Assembly (NCBI RefSeq): GCF_030144855.1
Contig: NC_082723.1
Coordinates: 14,384,001 to 14,448,000, forward strand
From: Hypanus sabinus
Taxonomy: Eukaryota
Direction of reading: 5' to 3'
Length of the DNA: 64,000 nucleotides
Below are positions 1 to 16,100 of the stretch, in pieces. Position numbers and translations under genes: made by a program. The stretch's first letter is position 1, and each line of letters starts with the position of its first letter. Below the pieces are notes generated by a model. That model did not search any database. It was not told the DNA's origin and was given only the letters and a program-made list of their open reading frames with translations.

Positions 1-3000
1 ACATCTCACTGACCTCCAGACTCCACATCTCACTGACCCCCAGTCTCCACATCTCACTGACCCCCAGTCTCCACATCTCACTGACCCCCAGTCTCCACAT
101 CTCACTGACCCCCAGTCTCCACATCTCACTGACCCCCAGTCTCCACATTTCACTGACCCCCCAGTCTCCACATTTCACTGACCCCCAGTATCCACATCTC
201 ACTGACCCTCAGTCTCCACATCTCACTGACCCTCAGACTCCACATCTCACTGACCCCAAAATTCCACATCTCACTGACCCCCAGTCTCCACATCTCACTA
301 TACCCCAGACTCCACATCTCACTGACCCCCAGTCTCCACATCTCTCTGACCCCCAGTCTTCACATCTCACTGACCCTCAGACCACATCTCACTGACCCTC
401 AGACTCCACATCGCACTGACCCCCAGACTCCACATCTCACTGACCCCCAGACTCCACATCGCACTGACCCCCAGACTCCACATCGCACTGACCCCCAGTC
501 TTCACATCTCACTGACCCCCAGTCTCCACATCTCACTGACCCCCAGTCTTCACACCTCACTGACCCCCAGTCTCCACATCTCACTGACCCCCAGTCTTCA
601 CATCTCACTGACCACCAGTCTCCACATCTCACTGACCCTCAGTCTCCACATCTCACTGACCCCTAGTCTCCACATCTCACTGGCCCCCAGTCTTCACATC
701 TCACTGACCACCAGTCTCCACATCTCACTGACCCCCAGACTCCACATTGCACTGACCCCCAGTCTCCACATCTCACTGACCCCCAGAGTCCACATCGCAC
801 TGACCTTCAGACTCAACATCTCACTGATCCTCAGTCTCCACGTCTCACTGACCCCCAGAGTCCACATCGCACTGACCCTCAGACTCCACATCTCACTGAC
901 CCACAGTCTCCACGTCTCACTGATCCTCAGACTCATCTCACTGACCCTCAGTCTCCACATCGCACTGACCCCCAGACTCCACATCTCTCTGACACCCAGT
1001 CTCCACATCTCACTGACCCTCAGACTCCACATCTCACTGACCCCCAGTCTCCACATCTCACTGGCCCTCAGACTCCACATCTCACTGACCCCCACTGCAC
1101 ATCGCACTGACCCCCAGACTCCACATCGCACTGACCCCCAGTCTTCACATCTCACTGACCCCCAGTCTCCACATCTCACTGACCCCCAGTCTTCACACCT
1201 CACTGACCCCCAGTCTCCACATCTCACTGACCCCCAGTCTTCACATCTCACTGACCACCAGTCTCCACATCTCACTGACCCTCAGTCTCCACATCTCACT
1301 GACCTCTAGTCTCCACATCTCACTGACCCCCAGTCTTCACATCTCACTGACCACCAGTCTCCACATCTCACTGACCCCCAGACTCCACATTGCACTGACC
1401 CCCAGTCTCCACCTCACTGACCCCCAGAGTCCACATCGCACTGACCTTCAGACTCAACATCTCACTGATCCTCAGACTCCACGTCTCACTGACCCTCAGT
1501 CTCCACGTCTCACTGACACCCAGAGTCCACATCGCACTGACCCTCAGACTCCACATCTCACTGACCCTCAGACTCCACATCTCACTGATCCTCAGACTCA
1601 TCTCACTGACCCTCAGTCTCCACATCGCACTGACCCCCAGACTCCACATCTCTCTGACACCCAGTCTCCACATCTCACTGACCTTCAGACTCCACATCTC
1701 ACTGACCCCCAGTCTCCACATCTCACTGGCCGTCAGACTCCACATCTCACTGACCCCCACTGCACATCGCACTGACCTCCAGACTCCACATCTCTCTGAC
1801 ACCCAGTCTCCACATCTTACAGACCCTCAGACTCCACATCTCACTGGCCCTCAGACTCCACATCTCACTGACCCTCAGACTCCACATCTCACTGACCCCC
1901 AGTCTCCACATCTCACTGACCCCCAGAGTCCACATCGCACTGACCCTCAGACTCCACATCGCACTGACCCTCAGACTCCACATCTCACTGACCCCCAGAC
2001 TCCACATCTCACTGACCCTCAGTCTCCACATCGCACTGACCCCCAGACTCCACATCTCTCTGACACCCAGTCTCCACATCTCACTGACCCTCAGACTCCA
2101 CATCTCACTGACCCCCAGTCTCCACATCTCACTGGCCCTCAGACTCCACATCTCACTGACCCCCACTGCACATCGCACTGACCCCCAGACTCCACATCGC
2201 ACTGACCCCCAGTCTTCACATCTCACTGACCCCCAGTCTCCACATCTCACTGACCCCCAGTCTTCACACCTCACTGACCCCCAGTCTCCACATCTCACTG
2301 ACCCCCAGTCTTCACATCTCACTGACCACCAGTCTCCACATCTCACTGACCCTCAGTCTCCACATCTCACTGACCCCTAGTCTCCACATCTCACTGACCC
2401 CCAGTCTTCACATCTCACTGACCACCAGTCTCCACATCTCACTGACCCCCAGACTCCACATTGCACTGACCCCCAGTCTCCACATCTCACTGACCCCCAG
2501 AGTCCACATCGCACTGACCTTCAGACTCAACATCTCACTGATCCTCAGACTCCACGTCTCACTGACACTCAGTCTCCACGTCTCACTGACACCCAGAGTC
2601 CACATCGCACTGACCCTCAGACTCCACATCTCACTGACCCTCAGACTCCACATCTCACTGACCCCCAGTCTTCACATCTCACTGATCCTCAGACTCATCT
2701 CACTGACCCTCAGTCTCCACATCGCACTGACCCCCAGACTCCACATCTCTCTGACACCCAGTCTCCACATCTCACTGACCTTCAGACTCCACATCTCACT
2801 GACCCCCAGTCTCCACATCTCACTGGCCGTCAGACTCCACATCTCACTGACCCCCACTGCACATCGCACTGTCCTCCAGACTCCACATCTCTCTGACACC
2901 CAGTCTCCACATCTTACTGACCCTCAGACTCCACATCGCACTGACCCTCAGACTCCACATCGCACTGACCCTCAGACTCCACATCTCACTGACCCCCAGA

Positions 3001-6000
3001 CTCCACATCTTACTGACCCCCCAGTCTCCACATCTCACTGACCCACAGACTTCACATCTCACTGACCCCTAGTCTTCACATCTCACTGACCCCCAGTCTC
3101 CACATCTCACTGACCCTCAGACTCCACATCTCACTGACCCCCAGTCTTCACATCTCACTGACCACCAGTCTCCACATCTCACTGACCCCCAGAGTCCACA
3201 TCGCACTGACCTTCAGACTCAACATCTCACTGACCCTCAGTCTCCACGTCTCACTGACCCTCAGTCTCCACGTCTCACTGACCCCCAGAGTCCACATCGC
3301 ACTGACCCCCAGACTCCACATCTCACTGACCCCCAGACTCCACATCTCACTGACCCCCCAGTCTCCACATCTCACTGACCCCCAGACTCCACATCGCACT
3401 GACCCTCAGTCTCCACATCTCACTGACCACCAGTCTCCACATCGCACTGACCCCCAGTCTCCACATCTCACTGATCCTCAGACTCCACATCTCACTGACC
3501 CCCAGTCTCCACATCTCACTGACCCCCAGACTTCACATCTCACTGACCCCTAGTCTTCACATCTCACTGACCCCCAGTCTCAACATCTCACTGACCCCCA
3601 GACTCCACATCTCACTGACCTTCAGTCTCCACATCTCACTGACCCCTACTCTCCACCTCACTGACCCCCAGTCTTCATATCTCACTGACCCCCAGTCTCC
3701 ACATCTCACTGACCACCAGACTCCACATCGCACTGACCCCCAGACTCCATATCTCACTGACCCTCAGACTCCACATCTCACTGACCCTCAGTCTCCACAT
3801 CACACTGACCCCCAGACTCCACATCGCACTGACCCTCAGTCTCCACGTCTCACTGATCCTCAGACTCATCTCACTGACCACCAGTCTCCACATCTCACTG
3901 ACCACCAGTCTCCACATCTCACTGACCCTCAGACCGCATCTCACTGACCCTCAGACTCCACATCTCACTGACCCTCAGATTCCACATCTCACTGGCCCTC
4001 AGACTCCACATCTCACTGACCCCCAGACTCCACATCGCACTGACCCCCAGACTCCACATCTCTCTGACACCCAGTCTCCACATCTCACTGACCCTCAGAC
4101 TCCACGTCTCACTGGCCCTCAGACTCCACGTCTCACTGACCCCCAGTCTCCACATCTCACTGACCCCCAGACTCCACATCTCACTGACCTTCAGTCTCCA
4201 CATCTCACTGACACTCAGTCTCCACATCTCACTGGCCCTCAGACTCCACATCTCACTGACCCCCAGACTCCACATCTCACTGACCCCCAGTCTCCACATC
4301 TCACTGACCCCCAGAGTCCACATCTCACTGACCCTCAGACTCCACATCGCACTGACCCTCAGACTCCACATCTCACTGACCCCCAGACTCCACATCTCAC
4401 TGACCCCCCAGTCTCCACATCTCACTGACCCCCAGACTTCACATCTCACTGACCCCTAGTCTTCACATCTCACTGACCCCCAGTCTCAACATCTCACTGA
4501 CCCCCAGTCTCCACATCGCACTGACACCCAGACTCCACATCTCACTGACCCCCAGTCTTCACATCTCACTGACCCCCAGTCTCCACATCTCACTGACCCC
4601 CAGACTCCACATTGCACTGACCCCCAGACTCCATATCTCACTGACCCCCAGACTCCACATCTCACTGACCCTCAGTCTCCACATCTCACTGACCCCCAGT
4701 CTCCACATCTCACTGACCCCCAGTCTTCACATCTCACTGACCCCCAGTCTCCACATCTCACTGACCACCAGTCTTCACATCTCACTGACCACCAGTCTCC
4801 ACATCTCACTGACCCCCAAACTCCACATCGCACTGACCCCCAGACTCCACATCGCACTGACCCTCAGTCTCCACGTCTCACTGATCCTCAGACTCATCTC
4901 ACTGACCACCAGTCTCCACATCTCACTGACCCTCAGACCACATCTCACTGACCCTCAGACTCCACATCTCACTGACCCCCAGTCTCCACATCTCACTGAC
5001 CCCCAGAGTCCACATCGCACTGACCCTCAGACTCCACATCTCACTGACCCTCAGTCTCCACGTCTCACTGATCCTCAGACTCATCTCACTGACCCTCAGC
5101 CTCCACATCGCACTGACCCCCAGACTCCACATCTCTCTGACACCCAGTCTCCACATCTCACTGACCCTCAGACTCCACATCTCACTGACCCCCAGTCTCC
5201 ACATCTCACTGGCCCTCAGACTCCACATCTCACTGACCCCCACTGCACATCGCACTGACCTCCAGACTCCACATCTCACTGACCCTCAGACTCCACATCT
5301 CACTGACCCCCAGTCTCCACATCTCACTGACCCCCAGAGTCCACATCGCACTGACCCTCAGACTCCACATCGCACTGACCCTCAGACTCAACATCTCACT
5401 GACCCCCAGTCTTCACATCTCACTGACCCCCAGTCTCCACATCTTACTGACCCTCAGACTCCACATCTCACTGACCCCAAAATTCCACATCTCACTGACC
5501 CCCAGTCTTGACATCGCACTGTCCCTCAGACTCCACATCTCACTGACCCTCAGACTCCACGTCTCACTGACCCTCGGTCTCCACATCTCACTGACCCTCA
5601 GACTCCACATCTCACTGACCCCCAGTCTCCACATCTCACTGGCCCTCAGACTCCACATCTCACTGACCCCCACTGCACATCGCACTGACCTCCAGACTCC
5701 ACATCTCTCTGACACCCAGTCTCCACATCTCACTGACCCTCAGACTCCACATCTCACTGGCCCTCAGACTCCACATCTCACTGACCCTCAGACTCCACAT
5801 CTCACTGACCCCCAGTCTCCACATCTCACTGACCCCCAGAGTCCACATCGCACTGACCCTCAGACTCCACATCGCACTGACCCTCAGACTCAACATCTCA
5901 CTGACCCCCAGTCTTCACATCTCACTGACCCCCAGTCTTCACATCTTACTGACCCTCAGACTCCACATCGCACTGACCCCCAGACTCCACATCTCACTGA

Positions 6001-6159
6001 CCCCCAGACTCCACATCTCACTGACCCCCAAATTCCACATCTCACTGACCCCCAGTCTTCACATCGCAGTGTCCCTCAGACTCCACTTCGCACTGTCCCT
6101 CAGACTCCACATCTCACTGACCCTCAGACTCCACGTATTACTGACCCTCGGTCTCCATG

Positions 6160-7316
6160 TAACCATATACCATATAACCATATAACAATCACAGCACGGA
6201 AGCAGGCCATCTTGGCCCTCCTAGTCCGTGCCGAACCCTTAATCTCACCTAGTCCCACCTACCCGCACTCAGCCCATAACCCTCCACTCCTTTCCTGTCC
6301 ATATACCTATCCAATTTTACCTTAAATGACACAACTGAACTGGCCTCTACTACTTCTACAGGAAGCTCATTCCACACAGCTATCACTCTTTGAGTAAAGA
6401 AATACCCCCTCGTGTTTCCCTTAAACTTCTGCCCCCTAACTCTCAAATCATGTCCTCTAGTTTGAATCTCCCCTACTCTCAACGGAAACAGCCTGTTCAC
6501 GTCAACTCTATCTATCCCTCTCAAAATTTTAAATACCTCGATCAAATCCCCCCTCAACCTTCTACGCTCCAATGAATAGAGACCTAACTTGTTCAACCTT
6601 TCTCTGTAACTTAATTGCTGAACCCCAGGTAACATCCTAGTAAATCGTCTCTGCACTCTCTCTAATTTATTGATATCTTTCCTATAATTCGGTGACCAGA
6701 ACTGCACACAATATTCCAAATTTGGCCTTACCAATGCCTTGTACAACTTTAGCATTACATCCCAACTTCTGTACTCAATGCTTTGATTTATAAAGGCCAG
6801 CGTTCCAAAAGCCCTCTTCACTACCCTATCTACATGAGACTCCACTTTCAGGGAACTATGCACAGTTATTCCTAGATCTCTCTGTTCCTCTGCATTCCTC
6901 AATGCCCTACCATTTACTCTGTATGTTCTATTTGGATTATTCCTGCCAAAATGTAGAACCTCACACTTCTCAGCATTAAACTCCATCTGCCAACGTTCAG
7001 CCCATTCTTCTAACCGGCATAAATCTCCCTGCAAGCTTGAAAATCCACCTCATTATCCACAACACCTCCTACCTTAGTATCATCGGCATACTTACTAATC
7101 CAATTTACCACCCCATCATCCAGATCATTTATGTATATTACAAACAACATTGGGCCCAAAACAGATCCCTGAGGCACCCCGCTATTCACCGACCTCCATC
7201 CCGATAAACAATTATCCACCACTACTGTCTGGCATCTCCCATCTAGCCACTGTTGAATCCATTTTATTACTCCAGCATTAATACCTAACGACTGAACCTT
7301 CTTAACTAACCTTCCA
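6160..7316 (-). mobile_element. CR1-clade LINE, 5'-truncated ORF2 3' part (copy 1)
   Basis: RT motifs SGVPQGSVLGP and YADD, then CR1 C-terminus (LEYCVQFWSP, LERRRLRGDLIE); (ATGGTTAT)n-type tail at 6160-6186; 1-bp frameshift near 7038. Confidence 0.97.
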
Positions 7317-10300
7317 ACCAGACTCCACCTCTCACTGACCCTCGGTCTCCATGTCTCACTGACCCTCGGTCTCCACATCTCTCTGACCCTCAGTCTCCAT
7401 GTCTCACTGATCCTCAGACTCATCTCACTGACCCCCAGTCTCCACATCTCACTGACCTCCAGACTCCACATCTCACTGACCCTTAGTCTCCACATCTCAC
7501 TGACCCCCAGTCTCCACATTTCACTGACCCCCAGTATCCACATCTCACTGACCCTCAGTCTCCACATCTCACTGACCCTCAGACTCCACATCTCACTGAC
7601 CCCAAAATTCCACATCTCACTGACCCCCAGTCTCCACATCTCACTAAACCCCAGACTCCACATCTCACTGACCCTCAGACTCCTCATTGCACTGACCCCC
7701 AGTCTCCACATCTCACTGACCCCCAGTCTCCACATCTCACTGACCCTCAGACTCCACATCGCACTGACCCCCAGACTCCACATCGCACTGACCCCCAGAC
7801 TCCACATCGCACTGACCCCCAGTCTTCACATCTCACTGACCCCCAGTCTCCACATCTCACTGACCCCCAGTCTTCACACCTCACTGACCCCCAGTCTCCA
7901 CATCTCACTGACCCCCAGTCTTCACATCTCACTGACCACCAGTCTCCACATCTCACTGACCCTCAGTCTCCACATCTCACTGACCCCTAGTCTCCACATC
8001 TCACTGACCCCCAGTCTTCACATCTCACTGACCACCAGTCTCCACATCTCACTGACCTCCAGACTCCACATCTCACTGACCCCCAGTCTCCACATCTCAC
8101 TGACCCCCAGTCTCCACATCTCACTGACCCCCAGTCTCCACATTTCACTGACCCCCCAGTCTCCACATTTCACTGACCCCCAGTATCCACATCTCACTGA
8201 CCCTCAGTCTCCACATCTCACTGACCCTCAGACTCCACATCTCACTGACCCCAAAATTCCACATCTCACTGACCCCCAGTCTCCACATCTCACTATACCC
8301 CAGACTCCACATCTCACTGACCCCCAGTCTCCACATCTCTCTGACCCCCAGTCTTCACATCTCACTGACCCTCAGACCACATCTCACTGACCCTCAGACT
8401 CCACATCGCACTGACCCCCAGACTCCACATCTCACTGACCCCCAGACTCCACATCGCACTGACCCCCAGACTCCACATCGCACTGACCCCCAGTCTTCAC
8501 ATCTCACTGACCCCCAGTCTCCACATCTCACTGACCCCCAGTCTTCACACCTCACTGACCCCCAGTCTCCACATCTCACTGACCCCCAGTCTTCACATCT
8601 CACTGACCACCAGTCTCCACATCTCACTGACCCTCAGTCTCCACATCTCACTGACCCCTAGTCTCCACATCTCACTGGCCCCCAGTCTTCACATCTCACT
8701 GACCACCAGTCTCCACATCTCACTGACCCCCAGACTCCACATTGCACTGACCCCCAGTCTCCACATCTCACTGACCCCCAGAGTCCACATCGCACTGACC
8801 TTCAGACTCAACATCTCACTGATCCTCAGTCTCCACGTCTCACTGACCCCCAGAGTCCACATCGCACTGACCCTCAGACTCCACATCTCACTGACCCACA
8901 GTCTCCACGTCTCACTGATCCTCAGACTCATCTCACTGACCCTCAGTCTCCACATCGCACTGACCCCCAGACTCCACATCTCTCTGACACCCAGTCTCCA
9001 CATCTCACTGACCCTCAGACTCCACATCTCACTGACCCCCAGTCTCCACATCTCACTGGCCCTCAGACTCCACATCTCACTGACCCCCACTGCACATCGC
9101 ACTGACCCCCAGACTCCACATCGCACTGACCCCCAGTCTTCACATCTCACTGACCCCCAGTCTCCACATCTCACTGACCCCCAGTCTTCACACCTCACTG
9201 ACCCCCAGTCTCCACATCTCACTGACCCCCAGTCTTCACATCTCACTGACCACCAGTCTCCACATCTCACTGACCCTCAGTCTCCACATCTCACTGACCT
9301 CTAGTCTCCACATCTCACTGACCCCCAGTCTTCACATCTCACTGACCACCAGTCTCCACATCTCACTGACCCCCAGACTCCACATTGCACTGACCCCCAG
9401 TCTCCACCTCACTGACCCCCAGAGTCCACATCGCACTGACCTTCAGACTCAACATCTCACTGATCCTCAGACTCCACGTCTCACTGACCCTCAGTCTCCA
9501 CGTCTCACTGACACCCAGAGTCCACATCGCACTGACCCTCAGACTCCACATCTCACTGACCCTCAGACTCCACATCTCACTGATCCTCAGACTCATCTCA
9601 CTGACCCTCAGTCTCCACATCGCACTGACCCCCAGACTCCACATCTCTCTGACACCCAGTCTCCACATCTCACTGACCTTCAGACTCCACATCTCACTGA
9701 CCCCCAGTCTCCACATCTCACTGGCCGTCAGACTCCACATCTCACTGACCCCCACTGCACATCGCACTGACCTCCAGACTCCACATCTCTCTGACACCCA
9801 GTCTCCACATCTTACTGACCCTCAGACTCCACATCTCACTGGCCCTCAGACTCCACATCTCACTGACCCTCAGACTCCACATCTCACTGACCCCCAGTCT
9901 TCACATCTCACTGACCACCAGTCTCCACATCTCACTGACCCTCAGTCTCCACATCTCACTGACCTCTAGTCTCCACATCTCACTGACCCCCAGTCTTCAC
10001 ATCTCACTGACCACCAGTCTCCACATCTCACTGACCCCCAGACTCCACATTGCACTGACCCCCAGTCTCCACCTCACTGACCCCCAGAGTCCACATCGCA
10101 CTGACCTTCAGACTCAACATCTCACTGATCCTCAGACTCCACGTCTCACTGACCCTCAGTCTCCACGTCTCACTGACACCCAGAGTCCACATCGCACTGA
10201 CCCTCAGACTCCACATCTCACTGACCCTCAGACTCCACATCTCACTGATCCTCAGACTCATCTCACTGACCCTCAGTCTCCACATCGCACTGACCCCCAG

Positions 10301-11953
10301 ACTCCACATCTCTCTGACACCCAGTCTCCACATCTCACTGACCTTCAGACTCCACATCTCACTGACCCCCAGTCTCCACATCTCACTGGCCGTCAGACTC
10401 CACATCTCACTGACCCCCACTGCACATCGCACTGACCTCCAGACTCCACATCTCTCTGACACCCAGTCTCCACATCTTACTGACCCTCAGACTCCACATC
10501 TCACTGGCCCTCAGACTCCACATCTCACTGACCCTCAGACTCCACATCTCACTGACCCCCAGTCTCCACATCTCACTGACCCCCAGAGTCCACATCGCAC
10601 TGACCCTCAGACTCCACATCGCACTGACCCTCAGACTCCACATCTCACTGACCCCCAGACTCCACATCTCACTGACCCTCAGTCTCCACATCGCACTGAC
10701 CCCCAGACTCCACATCTCTCTGACACCCAGTCTCCACATCTCACTGACCCTCAGACTCCACATCTCACTGACCCCCAGTCTCCACATCTCACTGGCCCTC
10801 AGACTCCACATCTCACTGACCCCCACTGCACATCGCACTGACCCCCAGACTCCACATCGCACTGACCCCCAGTCTTCACATCTCACTGACCCCCAGTCTC
10901 CACATCTCACTGACCCCCAGTCTTCACACCTCACTGACCCCCAGTCTCCACATCTCACTGACCCCCAGTCTTCACATCTCACTGACCACCAGTCTCCACA
11001 TCTCACTGACCCTCAGTCTCCACATCTCACTGACCCCTAGTCTCCACATCTCACTGACCCCCAGTCTTCACATCTCACTGACCACCAGTCTCCACATCTC
11101 ACTGACCCCCAGACTCCACATTGCACTGACCCCCAGTCTCCACATCTCACTGACCCCCAGAGTCCACATCGCACTGACCTTCAGACTCAACATCTCACTG
11201 ATCCTCAGACTCCACGTCTCACTGACCCTCAGTCTCCACGTCTCACTGACACCCAGAGTCCACATCGCACTGACCCTCAGACTCCACATCTCACTGACCC
11301 TCAGACTCCACATCTCACTGACCCCCAGTCTTCACATCTCACTGATCCTCAGACTCATCTCACTGACCCTCAGTCTCCACATCGCACTGACCCCCAGACT
11401 CCACATCTCTCTGACACCCAGTCTCCACATCTCACTGACCTTCAGACTCCACATCTCACTGACCCCCAGTCTCCACATCTCACTGGCCGTCAGACTCCAC
11501 ATCTCACTGACCCCCACTGCACATCGCACTGTCCTCCAGACTCCACATCTCTCTGACACCCAGTCTCCACATCTTACTGACCCTCAGACTCCACATCGCA
11601 CTGACCCTCAGACTCCACATCGCACTGACCCTCAGACTCCACATCTCACTGACCCCCAGACTCCACATCTTACTGACCCCCCAGTCTCCACATCTCACTG
11701 ACCCACAGACTTCACATCTCACTGACCCCTAGTCTTCACATCTCACTGACCCCCAGTCTCCACATCTCACTGACCCTCAGACTCCACATCTCACTGACCC
11801 CCAGTCTTCACATCGCACTGTCCCTCAGACTCCACATCTCACTGACCCTCAGACTCCACGTCTCACTGACCCTCGGTCTCCATGTCTCACTGATCCTCAG
11901 ACTCATCTCACTGACCCTCAGACTCCACGTCTTACTGACCCTCGGTCTCCATG

Positions 11954-13110
11954 TAACCTTATACCATATAACCATATAACAATCACAGCACGGAAGCAGG
12001 CCATCTTGGCCCTCCTAGTCCGTGCCGAACCCTTAATCTCACCTAGTCCCACCTACCCGCACTCAGCCCATAACCCTCCACTCCTTTCCTGTCCATATAC
12101 CTATCCAATTTTACCTTAAATGACACAACTGAACTGGCCTCTACTACTTCTACAGGAAGCTCATTCCACACAGCTATCACTCTTTGAGTAAAGAAATACC
12201 CCCTCGTGTTTCCCTTAAACTTCTGCCCCCTAACTCTCAAATCATGTCCTCTAGTTTGAATCTCCCCTACTCTCAACGGAAACAGCCTGTTCACGTCAAC
12301 TCTATCTATCCCTCTCAAAATTTTAAATACCTCGATCAAATCCCCCCTCAACCTTCTACGCTCCAATGAATAGAGACCTAACTTGTTCAACCTTTCTCTG
12401 TAACTTAATTGCTGAACCCCAGGTAACATCCTAGTAAATCGTCTCTGCACTCTCTCTAATTTATTGATATCTTTCCTATAATTCGGTGACCAGAACTGCA
12501 CACAATATTCCAAATTTGGCCTTACCAATGCCTTGTACAACTTTAGCATTACATCCCAACTTCTGTACTCAATGCTTTGATTTATAAAGGCCAGCGTTCC
12601 AAAAGCCCTCTTCACTACCCTATCTACATGAGACTCCACTTTCAGGGAACTATGCACAGTTATTCCTAGATCTCTCTGTTCCTCTGCATTCCTCAATGCC
12701 CTACCATTTACTCTGTATGTTCTATTTGGATTATTCCTGCCAAAATGTAGAACCTCACACTTCTCAGCATTAAACTCCATCTGCCAACGTTCAGCCCATT
12801 CTTCTAACCGGCATAAATCTCCCTGCAAGCTTGAAAATCCACCTCATTATCCACAACACCTCCTACCTTAGTATCATCGGCATACTTACTAATCCAATTT
12901 ACCACCCCATCATCCAGATCATTTATGTATATTACAAACAACATTGGGCCCAAAACAGATCCCTGAGGCACCCCGCTATTCACCGACCTCCATCCCGATA
13001 AACAATTATCCACCACTACTGTCTGGCATCTCCCATCTAGCCACTGTTGAATCCATTTTATTACTCCAGCATTAATACCTAACGACTGAACCTTCTTAAC
13101 TAACCTTCCA
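11954..13110 (-). mobile_element. CR1-clade LINE, duplicate of copy 1
   Basis: Same ORFs at offset +5794, same junctions, same frameshift. Confidence 0.97.
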
Positions 13111-16100
13111 ACCAGACTCCACCTCTCACTGACCCTCGGTCTCCATGTCTCACTGACCCTCGGTCTCCACATCTCTCTGACCCTCAGTCTCCATGTCTCA
13201 CTGATCCTCAGACTCATCTCACTGACCCCCAGTCTCCACATCTCACTGACCTCCAGACTCCACATCTCACTGACCCTTAGTCTCCACATCTCACTGACCC
13301 CCAGTCTCCACATTTCACTGACCCCCAGTATCCACATCTCACTGACCCTCAGTCTCCACATCTCACTGACCCTCAGACTCCACATCTCACTGACCCCAAA
13401 ATTCCACATCTCACTGACCCCCAGTCTCCACATCTCACTAAACCCCAGACTCCACATCTCACTGACCCTCAGACTCCTCATTGCACTGACCCCCAGTCTC
13501 CACATCTCACTGACCCCCAGTCTCCACATCTCACTGACCCTCAGACTCCACATCGCACTGACCCCCAGACTCCACATCGCACTGACCCCCAGACTCCACA
13601 TCGCACTGACCCCCAGTCTTCACATCTCACTGACCCCCAGTCTCCACATCTCACTGACCCCCAGTCTTCACACCTCACTGACCCCCCGTCTCCACATCTC
13701 ACTGACCCCCAGTCTTCACATCTCACTGACCACCAGTCTCCACATCTCACTGACCCTCAGTCTCCACATCTCACTGACCCCTAGTCTCCACATCTCACTG
13801 ACCCCCAGTCTTCACATCTCACTGACCACCAGTCTCCACATCTCACTGACCTCCAGACTCCACATCTCACTGACCCCCAGTCTCCACATCTCACTGACCC
13901 CCAGTCTCCACATCTCACTGACCCCCAGTCTCCACATTTCACTGACCCCCCAGTCTCCACATTTCACTGACCCCCAGTATCCACATCTCACTGACCCTCA
14001 GTCTCCACATCTCACTGACCCTCAGACTCCACATCTCACTGACCCCAAAATTCCACATCTCACTGACCCCCAGTCTCCACATCTCACTATACCCCAGACT
14101 CCACATCTCACTGACCCTCAGACTCCACATCGCACTGACCCCCAGTCTCCACATCTCACTGACCCCCAGTCTCCACATCTCACTGACCCTCAGACTCCAC
14201 ATCGCACTGACCCCCAGACTCCACATCGCACTGACCCCCAGACTCCACATCGCACTGACCCCCAGTCTTCACATCTCACTGACCCTCAGTCTCCACGTCT
14301 CACTGATCCTCAGACTCATCTCACTGACCCTCAGTCTCCACATCTCACTGACCCTCAGACTCCACATCTCACTGACCCTCAGTCTCCACATCTCACTGAC
14401 CCTCAGTCTCCACGTCTCACTGTCCCTCAGTCTCCACGTCTCACTGATCCTCAGACTCATCTCACCGAACCCCAGACTCCACATCTCTCTGACCCCCAGT
14501 CTCCACATCTCACTGACCACCTGTCTCCACATCTCACTGACCCTCAGACTCCACATCTCACTGACCCTCAGTCTCCACATCTCACTGACCCCTAGTCTCC
14601 ACATCTCACTGACCCCCAGTCTTCACATCTCACTGACCACCAGTCTCCACATCTCACTGACCTCCAGACTCCACATCTCACTGACCCCCAGTCTCCACAT
14701 CTCACTGACCCCCAGTCTCCACATCTCACTGACCCCCAGTCTCCACATTTCACTGACCCCCCAGTCTCCACATTTCACTGACCCCCAGTATCCACATCTC
14801 ACTGACCCTCAGTCTCCACATCTCACTGACCCTCAGACTCCACATCTCACTGACCCCAAAATTCCACATCTCACTGACCCCCAGTCTCCACATCTCACTA
14901 TACCCCAGACTCCACATCTCACTGACCCTCAGACTCCACATCGCACTGACCCCCAGTCTCCACATCTCACTGACCCCCAGTCTCCACATCTCACTGACCC
15001 TCAGACTCCACATCGCACTGACCCCCAGACTCCACATCGCACTGACCCCCAGACTCCACATCGCACTGACCCCCAGTCTTCACATCTCACTGACCCTCAG
15101 TCTCCACGTCTCACTGATCCTCAGACTCATCTCACTGACCCTCAGTCTCCACATCTCACTGACCCTCAGACTCCACATCTCACTGACCCTCAGTCTCCAC
15201 ATCTCACTGACCCTCAGTCTCCACGTCTCACTGTCCCTCAGTCTCCACGTCTCACTGATCCTCAGACTCATCTCACCGAACCCCAGACTCCACATCTCTC
15301 TGACCCCCCAGTCTCCACATCTCACTGACCACCTGTCTCCACATCTCACTGACCCTCAGACTCCACATCTCACTGACCCTCAGACTCCACATCTCACTGA
15401 CCCCCAGTCTCCACATCTCACTGACCCTCAGACTCCACATCTCACTGACCCTCAGTCTCCACATCGCACTGACCCTCAGACTCCACGTCTCACTGACCCT
15501 CAGACTCCACATCTCACTGACCCTCAGACTCCACATCTCACTGACCCCCAGTCTCCACATCTCACTGACCCTCAGACTCCACATCTCACTGACCCCCAGT
15601 CTTCACATCTCACTGACCCTCAGACTCCACGTCTCACTGACCCTCAGTCTCCACGTCTCACTGATCCTCAGACTCATCTCACTGACCCCCAGTCTCCACA
15701 TCTCGCTGACCGTCAGTCTCCACATCTCACTGACCACCAGTCTCCACATCTCACTGACCCTCAGTCTCCACGTCTCACTGATCCTCAGACTCATCTCACT
15801 GACCCCCAGTCTCCACATCTCACTGACCCTCAGACTCCACATCTCACTGACCCTCAGTCTCCACATCTCACTGACCCTCAGACTCCACATCTCACTGACC
15901 CTCAGACTCCACATCACACTGACCCCCAGTCTCCACATCTCACTGACCCTCAGACTCCACATCACAATGTCCCTCAGACTCCACATCTCACTGACCCTCA
16001 GTCTCCACATCTCACTGACCCTCAGACTCCACATCACAATGTCCCTCAGACTCCACATCTCACTGACCCCCAGTCTCCACATCTCATTGACCCTCAGACT

